32,000 nucleotides of DNA from Desulfobulbus propionicus DSM 2032 (GTDB taxonomy: Bacteria; Desulfobacterota; Desulfobulbia; Desulfobulbales; Desulfobulbaceae), in assembly GCF_000186885.1 (NCBI RefSeq), contig NC_014972.1:150001-182000 (forward strand). Reading direction: 5' to 3'. Under the pieces are notes generated by a model. The model did no database searches, was not told the origin of the DNA, and worked only from the letters and a program-made list of their open reading frames with translations. Shown here piece after piece: positions 1 to 7,533 of this stretch. Numbering within the stretch: position 1 is the first letter of the stretch; each line of letters starts with the position of its first letter. The position numbers were made by a program, and so were the translations under genes.

Positions 1-965
1 GTTGTTTTGTTCTCCGGACGTTGAAGCGTCAATTCAATTTCCTGGTTTATGTGCTCGTCCCCGAAGCTGTATCCACATGTTGCGAGAACATTTTCCTCCC
101 GTGCCCCAAGTGAACGCCGGAATAGATCAAATTGGGCTGCAAATGGATCCCTCTGAGTCGCGAGGTATTTTGTGGATTGCGGGTAAATTAGAACCCGAGA
201 AACCTTCTTTGGATAGAGATCTCCGTCGCGGACGCGCCAGACTCGGTCATCTTCTCCTAAGTGCCAGTCGATCGACCCGTGAAGTTTGATTACATGCGCA
301 CGATCTCTGAGATTTGGCTCTTCGTCGCCGTAACGATGGCTGCGATATGCGACCGCGCCGCCAGAGAAGCCGTCCCAATACGAGAAGCCTCCAAGTGAAA
401 GGGCGTCTTCGAGGAGAGTGTCATAGTTGGTGGTAAATAATCGGACCGCTCTCCGTCGTTCTGCGATTCCAGCTTGGCTTCTATTGAAGAGGGCAGAGAC
501 GAATGCTAAATGGTCATCGATAACGACAATACGGTGCCTATCCGTCCCTATTTCCTCAGAAATTCCCCCAGGCTGAGCAGGTTTGTAACCCCATCGAATG
601 GTCTCAGCAATCCATGTCAGAATTCTTTGGTGAAGACCATCAAGGTCATCCAATGATAGAGAAATAGCGTCGAAGGCGACCTTCTTGTCCTTTGAGCGGT
701 CGGCGATCGCGCGGTGATCTCCGAGCTGACTCAAGATGTGCTCGATATGCGAATCGTCAGGAAGCTGGCTCTTTACGAACTCGAGAACTTTGATGTCATT
801 CGGTTCCCCCTCGTCTTTTGCCCTCGTGAATACCCGATCGGTCAGCGGCCACATCAAAGGAATTCCAGCACCGAGGCTGATTCCTGCACCGAACAGCCAC
901 GATTGATTACTTGCTGCCAAGAGATTGTCGAGCTGGGATAGAGTGTCCTTTGTTACTGGGTCCAT
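1..965 (-). CDS. SIR2-like (SIR2_2 family) protein, N-terminal 321 aa; the 3' end runs off the left edge of the window
   Basis: Absent from the supplied ORF track because it has no stop inside the window. My own reverse-strand translation from the ATG at 965-963 reads MDPVTKDTLSQLDNLLAASNQSWLFGAGISLGAGIPLMWPLT ... RLFTTNYDTLLEDAL ... AHVIKLHGSIDWH ... LIYPQSTKY ... GYSFGDEHIN. These are the glycine loop, TTNYD, catalytic-His KLHGS and GYSFxD motifs typical of SIR2_2 proteins. I checked triplet by triplet from base 302 down to base 3 and found no stop in this frame; bases 303-899 were translated less formally. GGAG lies about 10 nt upstream of the ATG. Confidence 0.8.
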   Translation of the reverse strand, partial: MDPVTKDTLSQLDNLLAASNQSWLFGAGISLGAGIPLMWPLTDRVFTRAKDEGEPNDIKVLEFVKSQLPDDSHIEHILSQLGDHRAIADRSKDKKVAFDAISLSLDDLDGLHQRILTWIAETIRWGYKPAQPGGISEEIGTDRHRIVVIDDHLAFVSALFNRSQAGIAERRRAVRLFTTNYDTLLEDALSLGGFSYWDGFSGGAVAYRSHRYGDEEPNLRDRAHVIKLHGSIDWHLGEDDRVWRVRDGDLYPKKVSRVLIYPQSTKYLATQRDPFAAQFDLFRRSLGAREENVLATCGYSFGDEHINQEIELTLQRPENKT

Positions 966-1041
966 GTGCTTTGAATCTCCTTTTTTGTTGCAGCAGAACA
1001 AATTATTGTCCGGTTTCCAGCTATCATTCAGCTTTTCTGGA

Positions 1042-1320
1042 TTATCCGTTCGTGATTGATGGATTTTGGGTTTGGCCTAACTGGACACCGGCGGCACTCT
1101 CGGTGAGCTGCCGCTTCCAGGTCGTGATCTGGGTCGGATGGACCTCGTAGTGCTGCGCCAATTCGCCGAGAGTCTTCTCACCGACAATGGCTTCCAGAGC
1201 CACCTTCGCCTTGAAGGCCGCTGAATGGTTCCGTCTCGTTCCTTTTGCCATGTTCTGCTCCTTATTGTGCCCTTCACAGGGCGTTACGGGTAGCAGATTT
1301 TCCACTTAACGGCTTGTCCA
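1042..1320 (-). mobile_element. IS3-family insertion sequence remnant: left terminal region plus truncated orfA (HTH transposase subunit)
   Basis: ORF 1042..1305. From the ATG at 1251 it reads MAKGTRRNHSAAFKAKVALEAIVGEKTLGELAQHYEVHPTQITTWKRQLTESAAGV, the classic IS3/IS911 OrfA N-terminus. Similarity stops after about 56 aa (then QLGQTQNPSITNG-stop), and no orfB follows. A putative outer end, TGGACAAGCCGTTAAGTGG (reverse strand), starts at about 1320. The remnant sits exactly at the GC-content break. Confidence 0.7.
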
Positions 1321-3679
1321 ATTTTCCGCAGCCACCTCTCAGGCGCAGCGCATTCATAATGACGCTGACCGAGGATAGAGACATGGCCGCCGCGGCAAAA
1401 ATCGGGCTCAGGAGTATTCCGAAAAACGGGTACAAAAGACCTGCCGCGACAGGAACACCGACCGAGTTGTACACGAAGGCGAAAAACAGGTTCTGCCGGA
1501 TATTGCGCATCGTTGCGAGAGAAAGCTGCCGCGCTTCCACAAGACCCATTAGGTCCCCTCGCAACAGCGTGATACCGGCACTTTCGATGGCGACATCGGT
1601 CCCCGTACCCATGGCCACGCCCACATCCGCCGTGGCCAGAGCCGGAGCATCGTTGACCCCGTCACCGGCCATGACCACCACGCGCCCCTCGTCCTTCAGG
1701 CGCTGAACAACCTTTCCTTTGTCTTCGGGCAAGACTTCCGCTTCAACGGCATCAATAGGCAGTTTGCGGGCAACCGCTTCCGCCGAAGTGCGGTTGTCGC
1801 CGGTGAGCATGACCACCCGGATGCCCTCTTTTTGCAGGGCGGCAAGGGCCGCTTCCGTGGTTGCCTTGACCGGATCGGCAATGGCAAGCAGGCCGCAGAC
1901 CTTGCCGTTCACTGCGGCAAAGATCACCGTGGCCCCGTCCCTTCGCAGTTCGTCGGCCGCATCCGCAAAGTCTGCCGTCTCGACTCCTTCCGCTTCCATC
2001 AACAGGCGATTGCCAAGCAGCACCCGCTGACCTTCAATGCTTCCGGTCACCCCCTTGCCGTTCGGGGAATCAAAGTCCTCGGCATCCGGTAAGGTCAGCT
2101 CCATGGCATCGGCCTTTTCGAGAATGGCGTGGGCCAGCGGGTGCTCACTGCCCTTCTCCAGGCCGCCGGCAAGCCGCATCAATTCTTCCTCGCTGAACCC
2201 CTCGGCCGGAACAAGCGTGGTGACCCGGGGCTTGCCCTCGGTCAGGGTACCGGTTTTGTCCACCACCACGGTATCCACCTTTTCCATGCGCTCCAGGGCT
2301 TCCGCGTCGCGGATGAGAACACCGCTCTGGGCGCCTCGCCCGACACCGACCATGATGGACATGGGCGTTGCCAGCCCCAACGCACACGGGCAGGCGATGA
2401 TCAGTACGCTCACCGCAGCGATCAGGCCGAAGGTCATGGCCGGTGTCGGGCCGAACAACGACCAGGCGAAAAAGGCGATGAGGGCGATCACGATCACGGC
2501 CGGCACAAAGTACCCCGCCACCTTGTCGGCCACCCCCTGGATCGGTGCGCGGCTGCGCTGGGCACTGGCCACCATCTGCACGATCTGGGACAGCATGGTG
2601 TCCTTGCCGACCTTGTCGGCCCGCATGAGAAAGCTGCCCTGCTGGTTGATGCTGCCGCCGATCACATGGTCGCCGGATTTCTTGCCGACCGCCAGGGGCT
2701 CACCGGTCACCATGGATTCATCCACATGGGAGCTGCCTTCAAGCACCTCGCCGTCCAGCGGCACCTTGTCTCCCGGGCGAACCCGCAGGCGATCGCCGAC
2801 CTTGACCTGATCCAGCGGGACATCGGCCTCGCCGCCCTGGTCATCCAGTTTCCTGGCCATCGCCGGGGCGAGGTCCAAGAGAGCCCTGATGGCGCCGGAG
2901 GTTTTCTCGCGCGCCCGCAACTCCAGCACCTGCCCAAGCAGCACCAGGACCACGATGACCGCTGCAGACTCGAAATACACGGCAACCGAACCACCGTCCT
3001 GCCGGAAGGCATCCGGGAAGACCTGCGGCGCCAGGGTGGCCACCAGGCTGTAGATCAGGGCGACACCGGTGCCGAGGGCAATCAGCGTGAACATGTTCAG
3101 ATGCCGATTGACCACGGATTTCCAGGCCCGGACAAAGAAGGGCCAACCGCACCAGAGTACGACCGGCGTCGCCAGCACCAGTTGAATCCAGTTGGACAGT
3201 TGTGGGGCCACAATGTGCCCGAGCCCGGTGAGATGGCTGCCCATTTCAAGCACCAGGACCGGCAGGGCCAGGACCAGTCCGATCCGTAATCGGCGCGTCA
3301 TGTCCTCGAGTTCCGCGGATGGCTCGTCATCCAGGCTCACCTGCTCCGGTTCCAGGGCCATGCCGCAGATGGGGCAATCACCGGGGCCCTGTTGGCGAAT
3401 TTCCGGATGCATGGGGCAGGTGTACATGGCATCCGGCGCCACCGGTTTTTCTCGCTTCTGCTCGTCACCGAGGTACTGCTCCGGGTTTGCATCGAAGCGG
3501 GACTTGCAGCCTGAGGAGCAGAAGTACCAGGTTGTGCCACCGTGCTGGCTTCTCTGTTCCGCGGTATGCGGGTCCACCGACATGCCGCAGACCGGGTCCT
3601 TGACGGCGTGTTCGCCGGAAGTTTCGTGGTCGTGATGGTCGTGATGGTTGTGGTGACCGTCGTGTCGGTGGTCAGCCAT
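1274..3679 (-). CDS. copA: Heavy-metal (Cu+/Ag+ type) translocating P1B-type ATPase, 801 aa
   Basis: ORF 1274..3835. The likely start is the ATG at 3679 ([10 protein letters not shown]...), preceded by GGAGG. Motifs present: CPC transmembrane metal site ([13 protein letters not shown]), DKTGTLT phosphorylation site, [20 protein letters not shown]. The N-terminus has a His-rich stretch, a TRASH/YHS-like CGM...C..GC domain and YTCPMHPE...CPICGM instead of a classical CxxC HMA domain. The last ~17 codons read into the IS3 terminal sequence. Confidence 0.93.
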   Translation of the reverse strand: MADHRHDGHHNHHDHHDHETSGEHAVKDPVCGMSVDPHTAEQRSQHGGTTWYFCSSGCKSRFDANPEQYLGDEQKREKPVAPDAMYTCPMHPEIRQQGPGDCPICGMALEPEQVSLDDEPSAELEDMTRRLRIGLVLALPVLVLEMGSHLTGLGHIVAPQLSNWIQLVLATPVVLWCGWPFFVRAWKSVVNRHLNMFTLIALGTGVALIYSLVATLAPQVFPDAFRQDGGSVAVYFESAAVIVVLVLLGQVLELRAREKTSGAIRALLDLAPAMARKLDDQGGEADVPLDQVKVGDRLRVRPGDKVPLDGEVLEGSSHVDESMVTGEPLAVGKKSGDHVIGGSINQQGSFLMRADKVGKDTMLSQIVQMVASAQRSRAPIQGVADKVAGYFVPAVIVIALIAFFAWSLFGPTPAMTFGLIAAVSVLIIACPCALGLATPMSIMVGVGRGAQSGVLIRDAEALERMEKVDTVVVDKTGTLTEGKPRVTTLVPAEGFSEEELMRLAGGLEKGSEHPLAHAILEKADAMELTLPDAEDFDSPNGKGVTGSIEGQRVLLGNRLLMEAEGVETADFADAADELRRDGATVIFAAVNGKVCGLLAIADPVKATTEAALAALQKEGIRVVMLTGDNRTSAEAVARKLPIDAVEAEVLPEDKGKVVQRLKDEGRVVVMAGDGVNDAPALATADVGVAMGTGTDVAIESAGITLLRGDLMGLVEARQLSLATMRNIRQNLFFAFVYNSVGVPVAAGLLYPFFGILLSPIFAAAAMSLSSVSVIMNALRLRGGCGKLDKPLSGKSATRNAL

Positions 3680-3905
3680 TGTGACCTCCCCTCTTGTCTG
3701 CCGGCCAGTCGGCAAAAGCGATGAAATAGAGGAGAACGAGGTTGGCAAAGGGAACCACGGCCAGCAGGCCCAGCCATCCGGGGAAACCTGTCCGCCGGCA
3801 AATACGCCAGGCAGGCACCACCACCGCGATGGCAATCACCAGCATCCACAGCCAGTGCCCGGCCCACATGGTGTTTCCATACAGCATCATGTTGTTTCGT
3901 AACAT
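3672..3905 (-). CDS. Small integral membrane protein (77 aa, 2 predicted TM helices), translationally coupled to copA
   Basis: This is the inner part of ORF 3672..4415. The ATG at 3905 is preceded by GGAGG. Sequence: [68 protein letters not shown]. Its stop overlaps the copA start by 8 nt. I recognise no family. Confidence 0.55.
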   Translation of the reverse strand: MLRNNMMLYGNTMWAGHWLWMLVIAIAVVVPAWRICRRTGFPGWLGLLAVVPFANLVLLYFIAFADWPADKRGGHNG

Positions 3906-4158
3906 TGTCCTGTCCTCCATGTCTCGAATGCTCGTTCCTGGTGACGACGGACATGAGAATTCTTGTGCCCGGTTTTTGTGGCGTCTGCGGTCCAACTCAG
4001 GAACAACGGTTAGGCAATCCTGACTCCCACGAGCCCGAAAATCGGCACGCCTCCGATTTTCAGGCCTCCTGTGCAGGATACCACACCTTGGTTCATTCGG
4101 CTGCCGAGCGGATTGATCAGAAACGTTGCCTGAACCAGGAATGCCCGGAGAATCGGAA

Positions 4159-4872
4159 TTACAACTCTGCAGCCTTGGGAAAGAGGATGTTGTTCTCGAG
4201 GTGCACGTGCTTGTGCAGGTCGTCCTCGAATTCATTGAGTTTTTGATAGGTGACCATAAAGGTGTTGCAGGCATCGCTCGGGATGGCGTAGTCCTTGGCC
4301 AGCTGGCGGATGGCGTGGACAGCCTCGCCGACCTCTTCATGTTCCCGGTGCAGCCGCTCCAGGGAAGTGCGAATGGTTTCCCTATCCCCGGCCGCCGGTT
4401 CGAGGCCGGAGGCACTGGCCGCCTCCGCCCGCTTGACTGCCGGAAAGAAGACCTCCTCCTCTTCCTTGAGATGGGCGGTCAGGTCAGCGGCGATCCTGGC
4501 GAAGAGATCGGCTATCTCCAGCACCTCGGGATGGTTGGCGCCATGCACCCCGGCTATCTTGCGGGCATAGGCCGCGATCTGCTCGTCATTCTCCCGCAGA
4601 TACACGTGGTGGGTGTTGACGATGTAGTCGGCGAGAAACGAGAGCGACCAGGCGCCGTAGTTTTCACTGCGGTTGCCTGGCTCGTTCTGCACCGCTTCCA
4701 ATTCCCGCATGATGAGCGCCAGATCGAGCCCGATCTGGGCGCAGGCCGTTGCCAGCGGGATCTTGCCGCCGCAGCAGAAATCGATGCCCCTGGCTTCGAA
4801 CACCTTGGCTGTCCGGTAATCGGCGGCGACAATGGAGCCGATGGTGGCTGTTTCAATGGGTGTGGGGAGCAT
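4159..4872 (-). CDS. ric: Iron-sulfur cluster repair di-iron protein (RIC / YtfE / ScdA family), 237 aa
   Basis: ORF 4159..4977. The ATG at 4872 (MLPTPIETATIGSIV...) is preceded by GGAGG. It has the ScdA_N-type N-terminus DYRTAKVFEARGIDFCCGG followed by hemerythrin-like His/Glu motifs (HHVYLREN, HPEV, HLKEEEEVFFP, EHEE, HVHLENNILFP). Confidence 0.9.
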   Translation of the reverse strand: MLPTPIETATIGSIVAADYRTAKVFEARGIDFCCGGKIPLATACAQIGLDLALIMRELEAVQNEPGNRSENYGAWSLSFLADYIVNTHHVYLRENDEQIAAYARKIAGVHGANHPEVLEIADLFARIAADLTAHLKEEEEVFFPAVKRAEAASASGLEPAAGDRETIRTSLERLHREHEEVGEAVHAIRQLAKDYAIPSDACNTFMVTYQKLNEFEDDLHKHVHLENNILFPKAAEL

Positions 4873-5265
4873 GGTGACCTCCTGGTGCAGGTGGTGCTTG
4901 ATCGCTCGGCGATGGCGAATCAGTGGATCGCTGGTGTGATCCGCAGGTGCCGTGCGCGTGGTGGGCTGAGCGCTCAAAGAGACGCCCTATTGTTGTCTAC
5001 CACGTTGAAGGATGCGAGTCAAGGTGACCCATGGAGGCGTCATGTTCGGTCAATATACCGGAATAAAAAACATTATTCAGTTGCCCCGTAGCCTCTAGAG
5101 AGGCGGGTTCCCAGCCGCTTGGTCTTGGTTCCTTGTCATTGGGTGTGGATGTGGAGTAAGAGGGATCACTGTCCAGCGGGGTGCTGGAAGCAAGGAGGAC
5201 GAGCGAAGCCGCCTTCGAGGTATCTTTTTGATACGCTTAAAAAAAACAAAGAACGGAGTACGGAC

Positions 5266-5475
5266 ATGGAACTGAAAGAAAACCAGGCGGCCCTGATCCT
5301 CCAGGCCTCGGCCGAAGGGGAAATCACCGTGGATGTGCAGGCGCTGAACCTGCAGGGCTTTGCCAGCGCCCTGTGTCATGCGCTCGCCATGAAGCTCATG
5401 AACGACGAGCAGCTGCAGGGCGAACTGATGGACATGCTGGAGGCGGAGGAAAAGCCCGAGAAACCGGCAGACTGA
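5266..5475 (+). CDS. Uncharacterised small acidic protein, 69 aa (paralog copy 1)
   Basis: This is the inner part of ORF 5119..5475. The ATG at 5266 follows an A-rich leader with GGAG. Sequence: MELKENQAALILQASAEGEITVDVQALNLQGFASALCHALAMKLMNDEQLQGELMDMLEAEEKPEKPAD. It is about 90% identical in nucleotide sequence to 7534..7743, and the changes conserve the reading frame. A hairpin follows it. Confidence 0.65.
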   Translation: MELKENQAALILQASAEGEITVDVQALNLQGFASALCHALAMKLMNDEQLQGELMDMLEAEEKPEKPAD

Positions 5476-5498
5476 TTGCCCCGTTTTCTCGATAATCC

Positions 5499-5530
5499 AG
5501 CCCGGAGGCCATGATCTGACTCCGGGCTTC
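5499..5530 (+). terminator. Hairpin after small-protein copy 1 (AGCCCGGA ... TCCGGGCT, weak T tract)
   Basis: An 8-bp GC-rich stem at 5499-5506 pairs with 5521-5528. The same stem sequence recurs after copies 2 and 3. Confidence 0.5.
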
Positions 5531-5532
5531 TC

Positions 5533-5598
5533 CGCGTCACCTTCCTCGATGCCTGGCCGGATTCCTTTGGATTCACTGGCCGCGATCGCATGGAATCC
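5533..5598. repeat. 66-bp repeat, copy A (inverted relative to copy B at 28926..28993)
   Basis: The reverse complement of 5533-5598 is GGATTCCATGCGATCGCGGCCAGTGAATCCAAAGGAATCCGGCCAGGCATCGAGGAAGGTGACGCG. It aligns without gaps to 28926-28993 at roughly 85-90% identity by eye. Confidence 0.75.
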
Positions 5599-5614
5599 TT
5601 GACTGCCAACGCAC

Positions 5615-5785
5615 TCAGTCGTCGGTGGGCGGCTCGAGGGGCCCCAACTCGGGATCGATTTTAGGGTAATCGCAGGCGCCTCGGGCAAACTGGAGAATCA
5701 GCCCGGACTGCTTGTGGCGCTTGAGGGCCGAGGCAACGGCGTCACGACTGGCGAGATCCTTGAAGTGGTTCGGAGTGAATACCAC
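5615..5785 (-). pseudogene. Truncated AbiEi / DUF6088-like antitoxin N-terminal fragment (56 codons)
   Basis: My own translation, too short for the ORF track: (GTG)VFTPNHFKDLASRDAVASALKRHKQSGLILQFARGACDYPKIDPELGPLEPPTDD-stop. The pattern F..DL....R.AV..AL.R....G.I....RG.Y..P matches the N-terminal winged-helix of AbiEi-type proteins as I recall it. Full-length members are about 190 aa or more. Confidence 0.4.
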
Positions 5786-6045
5786 CCCCTGCCATGGCCC
5801 TGGATGCGACTAACTACTTTGTTATCGATATTTTTTTCGATGTTTCCATGGGGTTCCTGACACAAATAGACACACTTTTTTGTGTCAAGAATGACGCCGT
5901 GGCGACTGGTTTGCCCACTTCCTTACCCTGTGCATCAACTCAGCCAGCGAATGCCGCGAGGCAATTGCACCTTCCTGCCGATGCCGTGGAGGTGTGGCCG
6001 GAATCGTTGGCAAATTTTTTGATCAGGAACCTTTGCCAGCGCTCT

Positions 6046-6152
6046 ACGCTTCATTCGCTCGGGAAATGAAGCTCATGCACGATGCGCAACTGCAGGACGA
6101 ACTGATGGACACGCTGGAGGCGGGTGAGCAACCCGAGAAAACGGCGGAATGA
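6046..6152 (+). pseudogene. 3' fragment (about 35%) of a third copy of the small acidic protein gene
   Basis: 6066-6152 encodes MKLMHDAQLQDELMDTLEAGEQPEKTAE-stop, homologous to the C-termini of copies 1 and 2. The 5' two thirds are missing. The same terminator stem follows. Confidence 0.6.
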
Positions 6153-6175
6153 TTACCCGTTGCCCCGATAATCTT

Positions 6176-6210
6176 GCCCGGAGACCAGGACTTGGCTCCG
6201 GGCTTTCTCC
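6176..6210 (+). terminator. Hairpin after the copy-3 fragment (GCCCGGAG ... CTCCGGGC + TTTCTCC)
   Basis: The stem at 6176-6183 pairs with 6196-6203 and is homologous to the other two terminators. Confidence 0.5.
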
Positions 6211-6300
6211 AGTGGTCGGTTGAGAAACGGCCCCTTTGATGCTGGCTGAGGTTCGCTAGTAAAGAGAGACCGTTACAGGACAGGATCTGCTGCCAACCAT

Positions 6301-6909
6301 TTAATGGGCATCACCGCCGTGATGGGCCGCCTCGCTTTTGATCAGGCCGTGCAAACCTTCCACGTAATGGGTGAAACCTACATAGGATTCGACAAACTCA
6401 CGACCTGACGCAACACTGTCTTTCGCATGTTGCTGCTTCTCGTGGGCCTGGGTGAATTTCTCACGAATGCCCTTGGCCATGGCGCCGGTCAGCACCTCAA
6501 CCAGTTTATCGACCGAGCCGCTCGCCAAGGCTTGGTCGGCCAGCGCGACGGCCGGGTCAACCGCTGTCCCCGGTTTCAGCCCGGTATAAGGCGCTCCTTC
6601 ACCGGCGCGATGGATGCGCACCAGGGTTTCAAAAAAGTACATGTCGGCCAAAGCTTTGGCCTCGGTGCTCTGCTTGCGTACTACCTGAGCCTGATCGTAC
6701 GCGGCGCGAACAACCTTTTCATCCTCAGCAGATACCCATTTGAGGATCGGGGTGATGTCGCCTTGATCCAAGGCTGTCCGTGCGTCAGCGATGACCGGTC
6801 CGTCAAGGGTATCACAATGAGCCCTGGCTTGTCCGGGCAGCGTCACCGCCCCCGCAAGCAGGAAAATGGTCGAAACCAGTGCCATTGATTTTTTTACTTG
6901 TCTGTTCAT
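6301..6909 (-). CDS. Secreted DUF6448-like protein, 202 aa
   Basis: The ATG at 6909 has GGAG upstream. The signal peptide is MNRQVKKSMALVSTIFLLAGAVTLPGQARA, followed by HCDTLDGPV ... FFETLVRIHRAGEGAPYTGLKPG, which I recognise as the DUF6448 signature. The C-terminal tail is His-rich (AAHHGGDAH). Confidence 0.75.
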   Translation of the reverse strand: MNRQVKKSMALVSTIFLLAGAVTLPGQARAHCDTLDGPVIADARTALDQGDITPILKWVSAEDEKVVRAAYDQAQVVRKQSTEAKALADMYFFETLVRIHRAGEGAPYTGLKPGTAVDPAVALADQALASGSVDKLVEVLTGAMAKGIREKFTQAHEKQQHAKDSVASGREFVESYVGFTHYVEGLHGLIKSEAAHHGGDAH

Positions 6910-6965
6910 GGGCTTTCTCCTTTGGGTGTTCTAACGCCGGTGGCCCCATGCCCCCGGTCAGCGTG

Positions 6966-7075
6966 ATGCAGCTTTTAGAAAGAGGATGTTCTCGAGGTAA
7001 ATATCCTTGTGCAGGTCGTCTTCAAGCGCAGTTAGTTGCTACTTGGTGAGGGGGGGTATAGAGACCTCCTGCTGG
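6966..7075 (-). pseudogene. Internally deleted remnant of a second RIC gene
   Basis: 6968-7030 (GCAGCTTTTAGAAAGAGGATGTTCTCGAGGTAAATATCCTTGTGCAGGTCGTCTTCAAG) is homologous to the 3' end of ric (4166-4230). 7050-7075 (GGGGGTATAGAGACCTCCTGCTGGTG) is homologous to the ric RBS/start region (4865-4890), but the ATG is lost. About 640 bp of coding sequence is missing. Confidence 0.7.
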
Positions 7076-7533
7076 TGCGAAGAGTGTTCGACCGCTTCGC
7101 AGTCACTACCATCAGGGCCGTTGGCAGGGCTCGGAGAGGAAAATGGTGGCCGTCTTTTCTTTGAACCAGTGGACTGTTGAATTAGCCCGCAGGTGCCGTG
7201 CGCCTTCTGAACTGAGCGCCCAGGGCAACGCTCTGTAATTGTCTACCACGTTGAAGGATACGAGTCAAGGTGACCCATGACGACACTCTGTTCAGTCAAT
7301 ATTGCGGAATAATGAATATTGTTGGCTGTTCCCAGTGTCTCTGGATGGCCGGGTTCCCAGCCTCATTTGCTTGGTTCCTTGTCATCGGGAGTGGATATCG
7401 GGAGAGGATACGGTGTACGAGAGATCGCTGTCCAACGTGGTGCTGGCGACGAGGGCTGGACGAGAGAAGTGGCTTTGAAGTTATCTCGTTGATAAATGTA
7501 TAAAAAAAACAAAAATTGAAGCAGAGCGCAGAC

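Noticed and set aside
2-289. Track ORF 2..289 on the plus strand (95 aa), together with 714..941 and 911..1150.
   Set aside because: They lie antisense to, or overlap, the much longer SIR2 frame with clear catalytic motifs. They have no RBS and an alternative TTG start.
3672-4415. The 247-aa ORF 3672..4415 and the 205-aa ORF 3337..3954 as full-length genes.
   Set aside because: Only the last 77 codons of 3672..4415 look coding (hydrophobic helices, GGAGG before the ATG at 3905). The upstream part crosses the ric terminator region. ORF 3337..3954 overlaps copA out of frame.
5150-5260. A sigma-54 (-24/-12) promoter, or a known riboswitch, in the small-protein leader.
   Set aside because: The GG and GC elements are not at the required spacing in either copy, and I could not match any riboswitch consensus that I know. 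The region is left as an unexplained conserved leader.
5095-5688. Minus-strand ORFs 5095..5688 and 7363..7896, which look like paralogs of each other.
   Set aside because: Their similarity is a by-product of the duplicated leader and small-protein DNA on the opposite strand. They span terminators and intergenic sequence and have no RBS.
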